Source: Patescibacteria group bacterium (lineage in GTDB: Bacteria; Patescibacteriota; Minisyncoccia; Phycocordibacterales; CAIZLB01). From it: a stretch of DNA of 64,000 bases. The stretch is from assembly GCA_040384865.1 (NCBI GenBank), contig JAZKIM010000006.1:988-64987 (forward strand), written 5' to 3'. The position numbers and the translations under genes are program-made. Positions 60,101-64,000 of the stretch are shown piece by piece (positions within the stretch are counted from its first letter, which is position 1; each line of letters starts with the position of its first letter). The notes under the pieces are model-generated. The model made no database searches and was not told where the DNA came from. It worked only from the letters and a program-made list of their open reading frames with translations.

Positions 60101-60562
60101 CTACTCAGCTTTCGGTTCCGCAGATGTCGCAACCTCAATCGGAGCTTCATCTACCTCTTCTTCCTTAACATCAGTATTGTTTCCACTCATCATTTCCATC
60201 TTCATTCGCTTACTAATCTCTTTAGCAGCCTTATCTCGAATGTAGTAAAGCTTAGCTCGTCGTACCTTAGCTCGCTTTGTCACCTCAATCTTGTCGATAG
60301 ACGGAGAGTAAAGAGGAAAGATTCGTTCTACGCCATATCCTCCTGACATCTTTCGTACGGTAAAAGTCGCACCAGCTTCTGCTCCATGCTTTCGAGCAAG
60401 GACAAGACCTTCAAACATCTGAATTCGAGTCTTTCCTTTTTCCTGGATCTTTTGGTGAACCTTAACAGTGTCGCCAGAGCGCATATCAAGATTCTTACGA
60501 GAGTCTCGATTGATGGTCGCAAGAACGACTGCCTTTTTTGTTGGTATTTTAGCTGCTGTCAT
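60101..60562 (-). CDS. rplS: 50S ribosomal protein L19
   Basis: GDTVKV, R.Q.FEG, TFTVRK...[16 protein letters not shown]. Confidence 0.97.
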   Translation of the reverse strand: MTAAKIPTKKAVVLATINRDSRKNLDMRSGDTVKVHQKIQEKGKTRIQMFEGLVLARKHGAEAGATFTVRKMSGGYGVERIFPLYSPSIDKIEVTKRAKVRRAKLYYIRDKAAKEISKRMKMEMMSGNNTDVKEEEVDEAPIEVATSAEPKAE

Positions 60563-60631
60563 ATAGGGCATCAATATAACAAAAGGTGGAGGTTTTGGCA
60601 AATATTTCCCCTTTCAGATATTCGACCCGAG

Positions 60632-61393
60632 TTAAAAAGACTTAACCGCCTCTAAGAAATCTGTAGGTTGCGGTGCTTCAAACATATGAGTTTTACCATC
60701 AATGTCCTCTATTTCAATGGAGCGGGCATGTAGCGCAAGGCGCTTAAAACCGAGAGCCTCTGGATGATTAGCGGCATAAAGAGAGTCACACACCACAGGG
60801 TGGTTTATAGCCTTAAAATGGACACGTATTTGGTGCGTACGGCCAGTTCGAGGGTAGGCTTCTATATACGAAAAATTCATCGGTATCTCATGCGGCTTAC
60901 TCACACCGCCATCAATTCGACCGAGCACTTTGTAATCGGTCACCGCTGGGCGCATATCCCCTCTTGCTTCACGCTGGGCAGACCACTTACGAAAGTCGCT
61001 TCGGCTTCGGCCAATCGGACGGTCAATCGTTCCTTTGTCTTCTTTAACCAATCCCCAGACAACAGCGTTATATACCTTACGAACCTCTCGTTCCTGAAAC
61101 TGTTTTTTAAGATATTCAAAAGATTCCTGTGTTTTGGCAATAACCATGACGCCGGAAGTTTCTCGATCAAGACGATGAACAATGCCTGGTCTGTATATGA
61201 CAGTGCCGTCTTGAAGGATCATTGGTTCTCCTACTTCCTTGATAGCAGGATAGTTTTTAAGAAGCCAGTCCGCCAGCGAAGGTTCTTTTGTCTTACCGTC
61301 ACCATGCACAACTAAACCGGCTGGTTTGTTAACAGCAAGGATGTGTTTGTTTTCAAAGATGACAGTCATCTCTGATGGTAGTTCATTCAACAT
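60632..61393 (-). CDS. RluA/RluD family pseudouridine synthase
   Basis: NKPAG, HRLDRETSG, TGRTHQIRVH, LHA. Confidence 0.93.
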   Translation of the reverse strand: MLNELPSEMTVIFENKHILAVNKPAGLVVHGDGKTKEPSLADWLLKNYPAIKEVGEPMILQDGTVIYRPGIVHRLDRETSGVMVIAKTQESFEYLKKQFQEREVRKVYNAVVWGLVKEDKGTIDRPIGRSRSDFRKWSAQREARGDMRPAVTDYKVLGRIDGGVSKPHEIPMNFSYIEAYPRTGRTHQIRVHFKAINHPVVCDSLYAANHPEALGFKRLALHARSIEIEDIDGKTHMFEAPQPTDFLEAVKSF

Positions 61394-61452
61394 GAAAACC
61401 ATACTAGCATGGAATTGAAACAAATCGAGATTTGATGTATGCTGGCTTCCAC

Positions 61453-61525
61453 GGGAGATTAGCTCAGTTGGTAGAGCAACTCATTTACACTGAGAAGGTC
61501 ACAGGTTCGAGTCCTGTATCTCCCA
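61453..61525 (+). tRNA. tRNA-Val (TAC)
   Basis: GGGAGATTAGCTCAGTTGGTAGAGC...TTTACAC...GGTTCGAGTCC..TCTCCCA. Confidence 0.95.
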
Positions 61526-61533
61526 CAACACTC

Positions 61534-63999
61534 TTACTTGCCCGTAGTTACTGTCACAGCACCCGAAGTACCAACGCCTCCTGCTGCGTTATATGCTTTA
61601 GCCGAGAAAGACGTAGTCTTACTTGGACTGTTCGGTGCTTTCCAAGCACAAGAATAAGGACTTGTAGTGTCGGTACATGTGACTTTCGGTCCAGCGTAAA
61701 ATTCAACCTTAGTAACACCCACACTGTCAGAAGCACTAGCCTGGATAGTTACAGTGGAGCCTTTGGCAACAATAGCTCCACTCACCGGGCTTGTGATCGA
61801 AACGGTCGGAGAAGACGGGGTAGGATTCGGTACAGGATTTGGCAAAGGACTCGGTGAAGAAGGGGCGCTTCCTAAAGGGAGCTCAAATGTATACTGTAGG
61901 GAATTATCAGCATTATCACTCGCAATAATTCGTAATGTGATTTTTCCGCTAGCAGTACTGCTTGATATACCCGCCTGATATACAGCACCGGCTGAAGTTA
62001 CCGACAACGGTATGAAGTTAGTTCCGTCTACTGAATAACTAACTAATACGGATTTCATTGAGCCGCCTACAGGGTCAAACTCTAGCTCTATTGTGTTAGA
62101 GACCGCCGGATCATACACATCACTTCGGGCACCCTTGCTAAAATAATAAAGCCTTTTAATGGTGGGAGGATTTGGATCAGCAAGAGTTGTGTCGAAGGAT
62201 GCCACCACCGATCCTGTCAAATTCTGCGATTGGTTTTGATAAGGGAAAGAAGCACTAAACTCGTACTTACCCGACGAAGGCAAGTTAACTGTAGACAGAA
62301 CGTCAGAATCATAGTTAACGCAGGCCAAACCTGTTAGGCCCACACAGGCCTTAAGAGAGCCCGTTGATACTGTGAGACCGTCTTTTTTTATAACAAAAGG
62401 AATCTGATCATTCTCACCTGTGGCATAATCTTGCCGAAGAATAGGAGTAACAGGACCTTTAAAGTTTGCTAAGATTTTAAGTATATTTGGACTGTTTTGG
62501 AACTTTGCAAACCACACACTCGGTCCTAAGCCCAGATATACTTTAGTGCCTGTAAGTGGAGAGATTATTGATGGATCTATTGGGTAAAAAGTAGAGGAAA
62601 TAAACGGGAAGCGACTATTGGTTGCAAAATCAATGTAAGGAGACTTGAATACTGAGGGACATGCTCCAGTTGACGGACAACCATGCCTAAACTGATTTGA
62701 CACAAAAGCAGCAAAATAACCTGGAGGACGCATCGTATAAATTGTTTGAGTATAAGGCAATGTAAGTGCCCCAGGTCCATTTCCGGAACACGACATACTT
62801 TTATAATCTAGGAAATGAATATACGGAGTCATATTACAATCTTCTAGATCAGGATACTCAGTAGTTCCGGCAGGTCTATTCTCATCGAACTGTACGGTAT
62901 AACTTTTAAGGTCAGAAGGACTGTTGGTAAACGTCATACCCCTGCTAATCCCTTTAGATTCTGCATACAGATAGTAGAAATCTTCTCTCGTTTCAGTAGA
63001 ATTATGAGCACTCGTTGGAGCCTTAACTAAGTAATTGGTGCTTAGATCAGACACATAAATACTTTTTATAGTGCCGGGAAGATGGACACCTAAGGCCGAA
63101 ATAAATCCAAAAAAACTTTGATTTGTTGGTAGATGAATAAACTCAAGGCTGCCAGATACTGTACTGAGAGTATTATTGTTTTTATCTTTTGGAATGAACT
63201 GAATCAAGTGTTTTGCTTCACTAATACTTACAGGAAGTGTTGTGGAACCAGTCAAGCCATCAACGGTCACACCTTCCTTAAATACAAACCTGCGACGATC
63301 ATCAGGACTCATTGGATAATCAATCATAATGTCGTAAGGGCCCATAGAGTCCAGATAAAATATTTTTGGGTTAGAATCTAATGACACTCCAATAGGCCAC
63401 CGATTATTACGATTAATTATAGTTATCTTAGGTACTGCCTGAAAAACAGTGCCGCTGGTCTCCTTTATTGCCAGAACATAATTTTTAATAAAAGTGACAT
63501 ATATATCGAAACGATAAAAATTATTGGAAAGAGTGAGCGTACCGCCATGGACGGCGTTTTCTGCTTTACTGTTGTCCGCAGTAAAGTAGGTGTCTAATGT
63601 GGTTGTACTTCCACGCAGAGCAACGACAGTAGGAGAGCCTGTATTATAAATTACACCGTATGGAGAATATATTATTGATTGTTTGACATTAAGAGTTTGA
63701 TCAATATCCGTACGTTTATTCACAAGAGTAACTTTGAGAGTTTTAGACGTCCATGATGAAAGCGCTGGACTATCGACTCCGTAGTCTAGAGTGCCGGGAG
63801 TAACCAAAAGAGTTGGTGTGACGGTTATAAAAACTGGAATAGTGCTTTTCCGTACCCCATTCTCGTTCAGATAGATAGCGCTTACATAGTTTCCAGGTTT
63901 GACCACATCATTGTCAACACTAATAGTTGCTTGGAAAGTATCGGTGGTTTTATTGGCAACATTTAAAGTAGCTTTATCAAAGCTAAAGGTAATACCGGG
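61534..63999 (-). CDS. C-terminal part of a large extracellular protein with Ig-like (Big) domains; 5' end outside the window
   Basis: Frame stays open to the window edge. Pro-rich linker then 'PTVSITSP...ASASDSVGVTKVEFY...SPYS..W...AKAYNAAG' Big domain. Confidence 0.7.
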   Translation of the reverse strand, partial: PGITFSFDKATLNVANKTTDTFQATISVDNDVVKPGNYVSAIYLNENGVRKSTIPVFITVTPTLLVTPGTLDYGVDSPALSSWTSKTLKVTLVNKRTDIDQTLNVKQSIIYSPYGVIYNTGSPTVVALRGSTTTLDTYFTADNSKAENAVHGGTLTLSNNFYRFDIYVTFIKNYVLAIKETSGTVFQAVPKITIINRNNRWPIGVSLDSNPKIFYLDSMGPYDIMIDYPMSPDDRRRFVFKEGVTVDGLTGSTTLPVSISEAKHLIQFIPKDKNNNTLSTVSGSLEFIHLPTNQSFFGFISALGVHLPGTIKSIYVSDLSTNYLVKAPTSAHNSTETREDFYYLYAESKGISRGMTFTNSPSDLKSYTVQFDENRPAGTTEYPDLEDCNMTPYIHFLDYKSMSCSGNGPGALTLPYTQTIYTMRPPGYFAAFVSNQFRHGCPSTGACPSVFKSPYIDFATNSRFPFISSTFYPIDPSIISPLTGTKVYLGLGPSVWFAKFQNSPNILKILANFKGPVTPILRQDYATGENDQIPFVIKKDGLTVSTGSLKACVGLTGLACVNYDSDVLSTVNLPSSGKYEFSASFPYQNQSQNLTGSVVASFDTTLADPNPPTIKRLYYFSKGARSDVYDPAVSNTIELEFDPVGGSMKSVLVSYSVDGTNFIPLSVTSAGAVYQAGISSSTASGKITLRIIASDNADNSLQYTFELPLGSAPSSPSPLPNPVPNPTPSSPTVSITSPVSGAIVAKGSTVTIQASASDSVGVTKVEFYAGPKVTCTDTTSPYSCAWKAPNSPSKTTSFSAKAYNAAGGVGTSGAVTVTTGK

Positions 64000-64000
64000 T

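Overview
This window looks like a chromosomal segment of a reduced-genome Candidate Phyla Radiation bacterium (Patescibacteria, probably Parcubacteria/OD1; standard genetic code). It is mostly housekeeping genes: rplJL, ftsK, recA, efp, rpsF-ssb-rpsR, metG, glyQS, recO, ileS, argS, secE-nusG-rplK and rplS, plus tRNA-His, -Leu and -Val. It also has large CPR-type surface proteins, a folate/thymidylate cluster and a glycogen cluster. The most striking unexplained structure is at about 52.8-58.3 kb. An array of small accessory genes lies directly downstream of tRNA-His, and successive genes are separated by five related sites made of a degenerate tRNA-His 3'-end core with flanking arms that occur in mixed combinations. 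No integrase is in view, so this looks like a tRNA-anchored, integron-like cassette array. Other notable points: (1) a divergent thymidylate synthase is clustered with a cytidylyltransferase, an NTase-like/deaminase fusion and an HxHxQ HIT protein; (2) ileS carries a histidine-phosphatase insert and is broken by an apparent deletion/frameshift; (3) there is a phosphomutase-glycogen phosphorylase fusion; (4) TGn-TAnnnT-N6-ATG leaderless promoters are pervasive; (5) there are several candidate structured RNAs. All calls come from reading the sequence and recognising motifs; no database searches were run.
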